Positions 41,120 through 52,429 of a DNA stretch of 64,000 nucleotides are shown piece after piece. The notes under the pieces were generated by a model that was not told the origin of the DNA, made no database searches, and saw nothing but the letters and a program-made list of their open reading frames with translations. A program made the position numbers and the translations under genes. The DNA is from Camelus dromedarius. Lineage: Eukaryota. The DNA lies in the NCBI RefSeq assembly GCF_036321535.1, contig NC_087437.1, positions 82,400,001-82,464,000 of the forward strand, read 5' to 3'. Every line of letters begins with the position of its first letter. Position 1 is the first letter of the stretch.

Positions 41120-42204
41120 TAGGGACCCCAGCTTTATATTTAAGCATATAGGATAATTTCCATAGTCAATTAGTTAGAATCACAAGAGGACACTCCCAAA
41201 CTTTCATTATTCCATTGTTTTGTGTGTATTACAAGGTGTGAATTATACACACAGAATTATGTCACTCTATTATTTTGTGTGTATATAGCAGTACCAATGC
41301 AACTTGAACTCAGGATAATAGTATAACTGTTTTAAGAAAAACCTTTGTGAATTTAAAAGTCGTGTGGTTTTTAAATAATAATTTTGTTTCTTTAAAGTTC
41401 CTTGAAGACCTTTTAGATTTTAATAGAAAAAAAAACTTGATAAAAACCACTGTGTGAATATAATATATTATAGACTAGCTTTCAGCAAGAGCAGTGGATT
41501 TATACCCAGACTGTTTTGGAGTCTTATTAACTGGTGACAGACAGAAGACCAGTAGAAGCATGCTCCAAATGTCATGTAAACATGTTAGTCCTGATAACTA
41601 AGCCAAACTCAATATAGAAGCTAGAGTGAATTAAAGGACCTGCCATACATATGGGGGTTATCTCCTCTCCCTGTGAAACAGCGTTTGGGAAAAGTTTGGC
41701 TTTCTGAAAAAGTGAAAAAAAAAAAATTCTGTAATGGAAATATTTATTTGATCTTCTGGTAGGCTGAGAAGGTAGAGTTTCTAATTGTATCTTAAACCGG
41801 TTTCTCATCTCTAACATGGGGAAATGCTATCTTGGGCTGGGTTGAGGACACTTCAGAGATTGGTCCATTAATAAGCAAGCAAATGGTCTTTCCCAAGTGC
41901 AAGATCTCCACAGTTGGGTGTGCCTGTTTTCCCAGATCTGAGATAATCCCCATCTACTCCATTTCAGTTGTATGGAGAATGGTGTATTTTATGCATACAT
42001 TCTTTACTAGGAAATAAAAACCTATCAAAGAATCATACAATTGTAACTTGATTTCAGAAGTCAATTTATCTAATCTACACATTTTACATATTAGAAAACC
42101 ATGGTTCTGAAAGTCGAAGAGACTTACTCAAAGTCATAGGCTCCTGAGTAGTGATACTGAACAAAAACAAGGTCTTCTGAATTCAATGCTGGGCTCCTTC
42201 CTTT

Positions 42205-43980
42205 AAAAACATTATTGTTTTCTAAACTTTTTGTTTTTGTGATAATTATAGATTCACAAGTGGTTGTAAAAATTATCAGGGAGATCTCATGTACCCTGTA
42301 TTCAGTTTTCCCCAATGGTAACATCTTACAAAACTATACTGTGATATTATAGCCAGGAAATTAAAATTGAAATTGATATGATAAGATACAGAACATGTAC
42401 ATCATGACAAAGATTCTTCATGTTGCCCTTTTTTTAGCCACGCCCACTTCTTTCTCATCCCCAGCCCTTCTTGCATCCCTGACAAACAATTTGTTTTTAA
42501 TTTCTGTAGTTTTGTTATTTCAAGAATGTTATATGAAAGGAATCATACAGTATGTAATCTTTTCATATAGCAGAATTCCCTGGAGAGTCGTTTTCACTTA
42601 GCATAATCCTCTGGAGAGATTGTCATGTGTATCAACGGGTTTGGTTTTTTTTTCTCCTGAGTAGTTCTTGGTATGATTGTACCACAGTCTAACTATTCAC
42701 CTATTGAAGGGCATCTAGGCTGTTAACAGTTTTTGGTTAATACAAATAAATCTATAAAAATTCAGATAGAGATTTCAAGTGAGCATAAGTGTTTATTTCT
42801 CTGGGATAAATGCCCAAAAGTCCAACTGCTGGGTTGTGTGGTGAATGTGTTTTAAGTTTTAGAAGAAACTGCCAAACTGTTTGCCATAGTGGCTGTACCA
42901 TTTTATATTCCTACCAGCAATATGAGTGATCCAATTTCTTTGTATCCTTAGTAACATTTCGTGTTGTCACTGTTCTTTTATTTTAGCCATTCTAATAGCC
43001 ATTGTAATATCTCCTTGTGGCTTTAATTTGCATTTACCTACTGACTAATTATGTTGATTTTTTTCCCTGTGCTTACTTGCCATCTGTACGTTTTTTCCCC
43101 AGTGTTAATGGGGTGAGCAGTTTATTCACTAAATGGGATAGAAATCAAGCATTTACCCATCTGACTTATTGACTGTACAGTGACAGAATTATAAAAACCC
43201 ACATTGCATTTTGCAAGGCCTACCCAGGTTACAACAGCATGGAATTTACAAAGGGTTGTGTACTGCTGTCCCTACAGACACACGCACGCACGCCCTCCCG
43301 CGCGTTTCCAAGAACTGTGTTAACTACTGAGCGGGGCACTGAGCAGGGTGTGGAGTCCCCAGGGCGCCGGGGTGGGGCTGGAGCAGCTGGCCGCGAGGCA
43401 CCCTTCCCACAGCCGCCGCCAGGGAGCACGCGCCAAGCAGTCGGCACCTTCTCGCTTTGGCTACCGGTCTCCCACTTTGCCGCGCGGCCTGGTGCCCTGG
43501 CGGGAAAATCCTACTGGGCCTTCCAGCCGCAGGGCCCGCTTGCTGTGATGATGGAGGAGGAGGAGGGGGCTGAGGAGCAGCAGCCATTCCTTTACCGACA
43601 GGTACAGGTGAACATGGTCCCGGCTGGGCTGGGAGGTATGGCGTCAAGATTCTGGGGAGAAAAAGGCCCTGTGTCAGCCGGGCCGCGCTGTGGTGCCGGC
43701 GTCCTGGAGACAGAGGCTTTCATTCTCAGTGAATGTGTCTTTATCTCCTTTACCCTTGTTCTAACTAGATTGTTTGTCTTACTGCTGGATTTTGATGTTC
43801 TCTATATATCAAAGATACTAGTTCTTTGTTGTATATGTGGTTTGCAAATGTTTTCTCCTAGTCTGTAACTTGTCTTTACATCCTTATCACAAGGTCTTTC
43901 ACAGGAAAATTTTTTTTAATGAGATCCAATTTCTCGGTTTTTTCCTTTTATGAATTGTACTTTTAGTGTCACGTCTAGAA
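42205..43980 (-). mobile_element. Old L1MC/MD-like 3' region, interrupted at 43100-43725
   Basis: ttttccccaatggtaacatcttacaaaactata; ...ttgccatctgta|insert|gtgaatgtgtcttt... continues across the insert. Confidence 0.75.
43100..43725 (-). pseudogene. GC/CpG-rich insert, probably a 5'-truncated retrocopy of an unidentified mRNA 3' end
   Basis: Abrupt composition change inside L1; minus-strand AATAAA (43121-43126) about 20 nt from the junction and a residual A6 (43091-43096); cagtg at both flanks. Confidence 0.55.
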
Positions 43981-43999
43981 ACTATTAAACATGTCCATA

Positions 44000-46900
44000 A
44001 ACTTCACACTTAGCATTTTTGTGGGTGTGGTGAGAACACTTAAGCGCTACTCTGTTTGGCACATTTCAAGCATGCACTACAGTATTAACTAGTCACCATG
44101 CTATAATGGTTGCCAGAACTTAATCATCTTTCAAACTGAAACTTTGTACCCTTTGACCAACATCCTGTTTCCCCCATACCCCTAACCTTTGGCAATCATC
44201 ATTCTACCCTCTGTTTTTAAGAGTTTAAATTTTTTATGCTGTTCATATAAGAGATACCATGCAGTATTTGTCTTTGTGTGTCTGGCTTATTTCACTTAAC
44301 ATTGACACAAATAGTAGAATTTCTTTTTTTTTTTTTAAGGCTAAATAATATTCTATTATATACATATATCACATTTTCTCTATTCATTCATCCATTGACA
44401 GACACTTAAGTCATTTCCATATCTTGGCTATTGTGCTACAATGAACATGGGAGTGCTGATACTCTTTGAGATACTGAATTTGCTTCTTTTAGATATATAC
44501 CCAGAGTGGGATTGCTAAATTATAAGGTAGTCTATTTTTAATTTTTGAAGAACCTCCTTGTTGTTTTCCATAATGGCTGTACCCATTTACGTTCCCTCCA
44601 TCACTGTGCCAGAGTTCCCTTTTCTCCACGTCCTTGCTAACACTTGTTATTTTTTTGTTTTTAAGTAATTGCCATCTTGACAGGTTTGAAGTAATATCTC
44701 ATTGTTGTTTCTATTCGCATTTCTCTGATGATTAGTGATATTCAACAACTTTTTCTATACTTGATGGCCATTTGTATGTTTTCTTTTGGGGAATGTCTAT
44801 TCAGGCCTTTTACCCATATTTTCGTCAGTTTATCTTTCATTTTATATTTTGCTATTGAGTTGTAGGAGTTGCTTATATATTTTGGATATTAGTTCCTTAT
44901 CAGACGTGTTATTTGCAGTCCCCCCCACCTCGTTCTGTAGGTTGCCTTTTCACTCTGTTGACTGTTTCCTTTGCTATGCAAAAGCGTTTTAGTTAGATGT
45001 GATCCCACTCGTCTATTTTCACTTTTGTCGTTTGTGCTTTTGGGAGCATATCTAAAAATAATCATTGCACAGACCAATGTCAAGAAGCTTTTTCCTTATG
45101 TTTTCTTCTAGAGTTTTATACTATCGGGTCTTAAATTTAAGTCTGGAATCCATTTTGAATTTGTTTTTGTATATGGTGTGAAATATGGATCCAATTTCAT
45201 TCCTCTGGATGTAGATATCCAGTTTTCCCAACAGTATTTATTGAAGAGTGTTATTCTTGGCACAATTGTTGAAAATCAGTTGGCCACAAATATATGAATT
45301 TATTTCTAGGCTATCTTTTCTCTTCCGTTAGCCTATACTCTTTTTATGCCAGTTTTGATTTCTATAGCTTTCTAATATATTTTGAAATCAGGAAGTGTGA
45401 CCTTCCATCAATGACCTTGTTCAAAAGTTTGTTCAGAGTTCTTATTCAAGACTGTTTTAACTATTTGGGATCATTTGTAGTTTCATATGGATTTTAGGAT
45501 TGTTTTCTCTATTTCTGTGAAAAATAACATTAGAATTTTAACAAGGATTATATTAAATCTGTAGATGACTTTTCAGACTATGTGTACTCTAATAATACCC
45601 ATTCTTCCAAACCATAAGTACAGGACATTTTCCCATTTATTTGTGTCTTCTTCAATTTCTTTTATCAGTATTTTATAGTTTTCAGTGTACACATTTTTCA
45701 CCTTCTTGGTTAAGTTTATTCCTAGGTATTTTATTCTTTTTGGTACTATTGTAAATGGAATTGTTTTCTTAAATTCTTTTTTGGATAGTTCATTGTAGTG
45801 TATAGAAATGAACTGATTTTTGTAGATTGATTATGTATCCTGCAACTTTACTGAATTTATTAGTGCTTAGAGTCTTGGTAGAATCTTTAGGATTTTCTAT
45901 ATGCATAAGATCCTGTCATCTGCAAACAGAGACAGTTTTACTTCTTTCTTTCTAACTTTGATGCCTTTTGTTTCCTTTCTTGTTGAATTGCTCAGGCTAA
46001 ACTTTCAGTACTATGTTGAATAGAGGTGGTAGGAGTGAGCACACTTACTTTGTTTCTGATCTTAGAGAACAAGCTTTCAACTTTTCATCGAGCCAGATGT
46101 TAGCTGTGGGCTTGTCATATATGGCTTTTATTACTTTGAGGTACATTTCTTCTATACCTAATTTATTGAGTTTTTATCATAAGAGAATGTTAATTTTGCC
46201 AAATCTTTATCTGCATTTACTGAGATGACTATGTAATTTTTATCCTTTATTCAGTTAATGTAGTGCATCACGTTGATTGATTTTCATATGTTGAAATGTC
46301 CTTGCATCCCAGGGATAAATTCCACTTGGTCATGCTGTATGATCCATTCAAATATGCTGTTGAATTTAGTTTGCTAGTGTTTTGTTGAGAATTTTTGCAT
46401 TTATATTTATGAGGAATATTAGCCTGTGATTTTCATTTCTTGTGATATCCTTATCTGACTCTGCTATCAGGGTAATGCTAGCTTCATGGGATGAGTTTGG
46501 AAGCATTCCCTCCTCTTCAATTTTTTGGAAGAGTTTGAGAAGGATTGACGTTAATTCTTCTTTAAAGTTTGCTAGAATTCTCTAGTGAATCCATCTGGTC
46601 ATGGGCTTTTCCTTGTTGGGAGATTTTTGGTTATTGACCAAATAGCCTTATTCAGTATTCCGTTCACATCTTCTATTTATTCATCATTCAGTCCTGGTAG
46701 GTTTTGTGTTTCTAGGAATTTATTCATTTCTTCTAGGTTGCCAATTTGTTGGTGTATAATTGTCCTATACTATATACTATGTACTATATAATATATTTCT
46801 GTGGTATCAGTTGTAATATCTTCTCTCTCATTTGTAATTTTACTTATTTGAGTACTATCTTATTTTTTTGATTTATTCTAGCTAAAGGTTTTTCAATTTT

Positions 46901-47060
46901 GTCTATATTTTCAAAATCCAATCTTAGTTTTGTCAGTCTTTTCTATCATTTTTCAACTCTCTATTTCATTGATTTCTGCTTTTATCTTAAAATTTCCTTC
47001 CTTCTGCTAATTTTGGGCTTAGGTTTTTTTTCCCTAGCTCCTTGTAGTGGAAAGGTGTTT
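44000..47060 (-). mobile_element. L1MA-like element nested in the old L1, resuming at about 49714-49770
   Basis: 3' UTR gtgagaacacttaag...; degenerate ORF2; ...ctagctccttgtagtggaaag|young L1|gaaagttaagttttttatttgaga continues the L1. Confidence 0.8.
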
Positions 47061-49713
47061 TTGTTTTGTTTTTATTAAACATATTTTATTGAGTTGTAAT
47101 CATTTTACAGTGTTGTGTCAAATTTCAGTGTAGAGCACAATTTTTCAGTTATACATGAACATACATATATTCATTGTCACTTTTTTTTTGCTGTGAGCTA
47201 CCACAAGATCTTGTATATATTTCCCCATGCTATACAGTATAACCCTGTTTATCTGTTCTATATTTTGAAATCCCAGTCTGTCCCTTCCCACCCCCCTCCC
47301 CCTTGGCAACCACAAGTTTGTATTCTATGTCTATGAGTCTATTTCTGTTTTGTATTTATTTATTTATTTTTTTAGATTCCACATATGAGCGATCTCATAT
47401 TGTATTTTTCTTTCTCTTTCTGGCTTACTTCACTTAGAATGACATTCTCCAGGAACATCCATGTTGCTGCAAATGGCGTTATGTTGTTGGTTTTTATGGC
47501 TAGGTAGTATTCCATTGTATAAATATACCACCTCTTCTTTATCCAGTTCTCTGTTGATGGACATTTAGGCTGTCTCCATGTCTTGGCTATTGTAAATAGT
47601 GCTGGTATGAACATTGGGGTGCAGGTGTCATTCTGAAGTAGGGTTCCTTCTGGATATATGCCCAGGAGCGGGATTCCTGGGTCATATGGTAAGTCTATTC
47701 CTAGTCTTTTGAGGAATTTCCATACTGTTTTCCACAGTGGCTGCACCAAACTGCATTCCCACCAGCAGTGTAGGAGGGTTCCCTTTTCTCCACAGCCTCT
47801 CCAGCATTTGTCATTTGTGGACTTTTGAATGATGGCCATTCTGACTGGTGTGAGGTGATACCTCATTGTAGTTTTGATTTGCATTTCTCTAATAATTAGT
47901 AATATTGAACATTTTTTCATGTACCTATTGATTAATTGTATTTCTTTCTTGGAGAATTGCTTGTTTAGGTCTTTTCCCCATTTTTGGATTGGGTTGTTTG
48001 TTTTTTTTCTTATTAAGTCGTATGAGCTGCTTATATATTCTGGAGATCAAGCCTTTGTCGGTTTCATTTGCAAAAATTTTTTCCTATTCCGTAGGTTGTC
48101 TTTTTGTTTTACTTATGGTTTTCTTTGCTGTGCAGAAGCTTGTAAGTTTAATTAGGTACCATTTGTTTCTTCTTGCTTTTGTTTCTATTGCTTGGGTAGA
48201 CTGCCCTAGGAGAACATTTTTAAGATGTATGTCAGATAATGTTTTGCCTATGTTTTCTTCTAGGAGGTTTATCATATCTTGTCTTATGTTTAAGTCTTTG
48301 ATGCATTTTGAGTTTATTTTTGTGTATCGTGTAAGGGAGTGTTCTAGCTTCATTGATTTACATGCTGCTGCCCAATTTTCCCAACACCATTCGCTGAAGA
48401 GACTGTCTTTATTCCATTGTATATTCTTGCCTCCTTTGTCGAAGATTAGTTGACCAAAAGTCTGTGGGTTCATTTCTGGGCTCTCTATTCTGTTCCGTTG
48501 GTCTATATGTCTGTTTTTGTACCAATACCATGCTGTCTTGATTACTGTAGCTCTGTAGTATTGTCTGAAGTCTGGGAGAGTTATTCCTCCAGCCTCTTTC
48601 TTTTTCTTCAGTAATGTTTGGAAATTCTAGGTCTTTGATGGTTCCATATAAATTTTATTATGATTTGTTCTAGTTCTGTGAAATATGTCCTGGATGATTT
48701 GATAGGGATTACATTAAATCTGTAGATTGCCTTGGGCAGTATGACCATTTTAACAATATTGATTCTTCCAATCCAAGAGCATGGGATATCTTTCCATTTT
48801 TTAAAGTCTTCTTTAATTTCCTTTATCAATAGTTTATAGTTTTCTGTGTATAATTCTTTCACCTCCTTGGTTAGATTTATTCCTAGTTATTTTATTACTT
48901 TGGGTGCTATTTTAAAGGGGATTGTTTCTTTACTTTCTTTTTCTAATGATTCATCGTTAGTGTAAAGAAATGCAACTGATTTTTGAACGTTAATCTTGTA
49001 ATCTGCTACCTTGCTGAATTCTTCGATCAGCTCTAGTAGTTTTTGTGTGGACCTTTTAGGGTTTTCTGTGTATAGTAACATGTCATAGGCATATATGTAG
49101 TGACACTTTTACCTCTTCTTTTCCAGTTTGGATTCCTTTTATTTCTCTCTCTTGCCTAATTGCTGTAGCTAGGACTTCCAAGACTATGTTAAATAGGAGT
49201 GGTGATAGTGGGCATCCTTGTCTTGTCCCAGATTTTAGTGGGAAGCTTTTGAGTTTTTCACCATTGAGTACTATGCTGGCTGTAGTTTTGTCATATATAG
49301 CTTTTATTATGTTGAGATATGCTCCCTCTACACCCACCTTGGTGAGAGTTTTTATCATGAATGGGTGTTGAATTTAATCAAATGCTTTTTCTACATCTAT
49401 TGAGAGGTTCATGTGGTTTTTGTCCTTTCTTTTGTTGATGTGATGTATTACATTGATTGATTTGTGTATGTTGAACCACCCTTGTGTTCCTGGGATGAAC
49501 CCCACTTGATCATGATGTATAATCTGTTTTATGTGCTGTTAGATTCTATTTGCTAATATTTTGGTAAGGATTTTTGCATCTATGTTCATCAGTGGTATTG
49601 GTCTGTAATTCTCTTTTTTGGTGGTATCTTTGCCTGGTTTTGGTATCAGGGTGATGGTGGCTTCATAGAATGAGTTTGGGAGTACTCCCTCCTTTTAAAT
49701 CTTCTGGAAGAGT
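47061..49713 (-). mobile_element. Young 5'-truncated L1 (~2.65 kb)
   Basis: Long ORF2 pieces (182, 129, 84, 91 aa) including [22 protein letters not shown]; 3' ~700 bp nearly identical to 40396-41119. Confidence 0.95.
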
Positions 49714-49789
49714 TGAAAGTTAAGTTTTTTATTTGAGATTTTTTTCTTGAAGTAGGCATTTATTGATATAAATGATTGATTATATATGT

Positions 49790-50530
49790 TGCTTTAACTA
49801 GGATTTTTGGACACCACTTTGGTAGAAGAAAGGAGGATTGCACCTCTTCATTAGTGCCAGGTGGAGGTTGAAGTCTGTGTTCCCCACTTGGGTTTTACTG
49901 ACACTTGGGAGAGAGGACATCACTTATTACCCCTGGGTGGATAGGGAGTTCACCTTTCCATATGGCCTCCACTGACTTAGCTGTAGGGTGGACTTGTTAC
50001 CTCTGGGTGATGGTGAAAGTCCTGATTTTCCACCAGGCCTTGTCTGAAACCACCCTGAGAGGTAGGGGAAGGGTACCTAATTACTGTTAAGGGTAGAAGT
50101 CTAGGCTCCCCACTTAGCCTTTTGTGTCATAGTGAGGGTGAAGCCAGAGTTTTTCTGTGTGTTTCTCTAGCATAGAGTGGTTATTGTCTAAAAGCTTCTT
50201 GCCTTGGCTGTTTGCTCCTTCCTCAGGGCTTTGGCCTGAGAGAACTTTTATTGGAGCTTTTTTTTCCCTTCTGTAATCACCAGCATTTCTAGGTTTTCTA
50301 GGTTTCTGGCATCTTTAGTTCCACGTATAGGATATATATGATGAAAAGAGAATCCAGTAACTTCTGTGTTACTCCTTCTGTCCTGAAGTTCTAGTCATTT
50401 TCCTTCTTCTCTCCACCTGTCAGAGTCTTTTTATATTGTTTTATATATAATGTACAGGGATTTTAGTTGTACTTAGTGACAGGAATGAGGAAGGGTGTAT
50501 CTATTCCATCTTCCTGAAATTGGAAGTCAT
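49790..50530 (-). mobile_element. Old L1M 5' end, possibly the partner of 42205-43980
   Basis: Terminus ctattccatcttcctgaaattggaagtc resembling old L1 5' ends. Confidence 0.55.
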
Positions 50531-50784
50531 GCTCCTTCCTTTCAAAATGAGGCATAAAGTAGCAGTCATTGGGAGTTTTTGGATCAAACAATAACAAGTG
50601 TGTGACCCTTCTATTTATTAGCAAACTGACTGTGGAAATACAGAAAATTTGGATCCTTCCCAAAATGGACCAGCTCTTATTAGCCTATTCTCCCTAAACA
50701 GTTGCTTTGTTCCAAAAGGCAAATTCCATGGCGGTGGGACTGTGTCTTTTACTTCTTTGTGGATCACTCATTGCCTACTACTGC

Positions 50785-51030
50785 TACAGGTAGTAAAGTG
50801 TAATGCTTAAAACTGAGGCTCTGAAGTCAGTTTGCATGGGTTCCAGTTTGGGCTCAATCATGTATTAGAAAATGTGGACTTGTGTGACTTTCCTGATTTG
50901 TCAAAGTTTTCTCAACTCGACATAGAAATAATAATATCTCTCTCACCAGACTGTGTAGGAGTAAATGGAATAAAGCATTTAGCACGAGGCTTGATGTAAG
51001 TGTACAATAAACATTAGCTTGTTATTAATA
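50785..51030 (+). mobile_element. MIR
   Basis: ggctctgaagtcag...atgggttccag...aaagcatttagcac...caataaacattagc. Confidence 0.7.
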
Positions 51031-51176
51031 TGATGTATGTATAGTTAATATAGAAACATTAATAAATACTTGTTGAATAGATCTTGTACATTTTCCAGTA
51101 TGCTTTGGTTTGAAGCATGGCCTTGTAATGTATTTAAACCTTGTTTGACATTTCCTCCAACAGATATAGAACTCAC

Positions 51177-51292
51177 ATAATCTGGGGTAGTGAAGACTCT
51201 TCTGCAGTATGTCACCATATTCTCTAATGTGTTATTTTGGTCCACACATTCCAACTGGATGGTGGGTAGTGAATGCAGATACAGTTGATTTC
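51177..51292 (-). CDS. Candidate exon C of unidentified gene
   Basis: Acceptor gtctttgtgtttcag, donor TAT|gtgagt; 116 nt with one open frame, phase 1 to 0: NQLYLHSLPTIQLECVDQNNTLENMVTYCRRVFTTPDY. Confidence 0.6.
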
Positions 51293-52244
51293 CTGAAACA
51301 CAAAGACTTTGTCAGGAAGGAAACCATGTTTGTGTACAGATGAACACTTTCTGGTATTTCAGGTAATTCCAGACAGATGAGGCACATTTTTATGCTTAGA
51401 AGTTTCCAAAGGAGCTGTCTATACTACTCAGATTTATCCATCTTTCTCCCTCACTTTGGCAGTGTAGACCTGATTCTAAACATACTATGAAATAAGCTGT
51501 ACATTTGGCTCAAAGAGTATTCTGTTTGATCCAAAATGGCATCAAAATCATTAAGCACACATTGACTTGAAAGGAAGGAGGAAAAGAACTCAAGTGAAAA
51601 GTGATTTTTATTGCCAAATTCTGAGTTCTCTTTCAGTGGCTACCACAACCTCACTAAAACCCAAGGCAAGCAAGAGGCAGATGACTTTTATGCTCTAGGT
51701 GTTAGTGATGACATGAATTATAATGGGAAACAATACAGCACTTTTTAAACTGCTGGTTGGTTTGAAAAAAGAATTCAATTTTCAATATCAAGTATTAAAA
51801 ATGTTCATTTACTAGTTGCCCTAGTTTTTCTTGCTACTTTGGTTTAAAATTAAATCTTGTAGTTAAAATGGTAAGTTTTCAAAATACTCTCACTACCATC
51901 ATGCTTTATACTTGTATACTTTCAGTGTATTGGTATCTCATTTTATCATTTGCAAGGGAAGAAATGGTCTCAGAAGACTAGGTGACTTCTTCACAAACAC
52001 ACTGAAAATGAGACACAAAGAATCATTCCCAGTTAGTGCTGCAACATCATATTCTCTAATGTGTTATTTTAGTCAAGCTAATATTTTGGTCAAGTAATAA
52101 TGGATTAAAAAAACTAATAGTATGCCATTATTATGCTTATAAGACAAAGGAAGAATTGGTTCTGGTCTAGGTTAAGCAAACGACTGTTGATAGTACTGTA
52201 AATGAATATCCAAAAACCACTGACATTTTTAGGATGTTGATTTT

Positions 52245-52363
52245 GAGGGGGGTGGGGGAAGTAATTAGATTTATTTATTTTTTAATGGAAGTACTAGGGG
52301 TTGAACCCAGGACCTCGTGCATTCTAAGTGCTCACTCTTACTGCTAGCTATACCCTCCCCAAC
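52245..52363 (-). mobile_element. tRNA-derived SINE resembling camelid Vic-1, with perfect 15-bp TSD
   Basis: Minus strand ggggagggtatagct...gcacgaggtcctgggttcaacccctagtac (A/B-box-like) plus A-rich tail; TSD taggatgttgatttt at 52230-52244 and 52364-52378. Confidence 0.88.
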
Positions 52364-52429
52364 TAGGATGTTGATTTTAATGTTATCATGATGCCTTTTA
52401 TGTCTTCTTTACTTCTTATTTATTTTTAT

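Noticed and set aside
43239..43868. Longest ORF (209 aa, plus strand) as a gene
   Set aside because: It is open because the insert is GC-rich, runs on into antisense L1, and the poly(A) signal points to the other strand.
47372..49358. Active L1 ORF2
   Set aside because: 5'-truncated and broken by frameshifts.
52285..52362. tRNA gene
   Set aside because: Degenerate cloverleaf, A-rich tail and TSD indicate a SINE.
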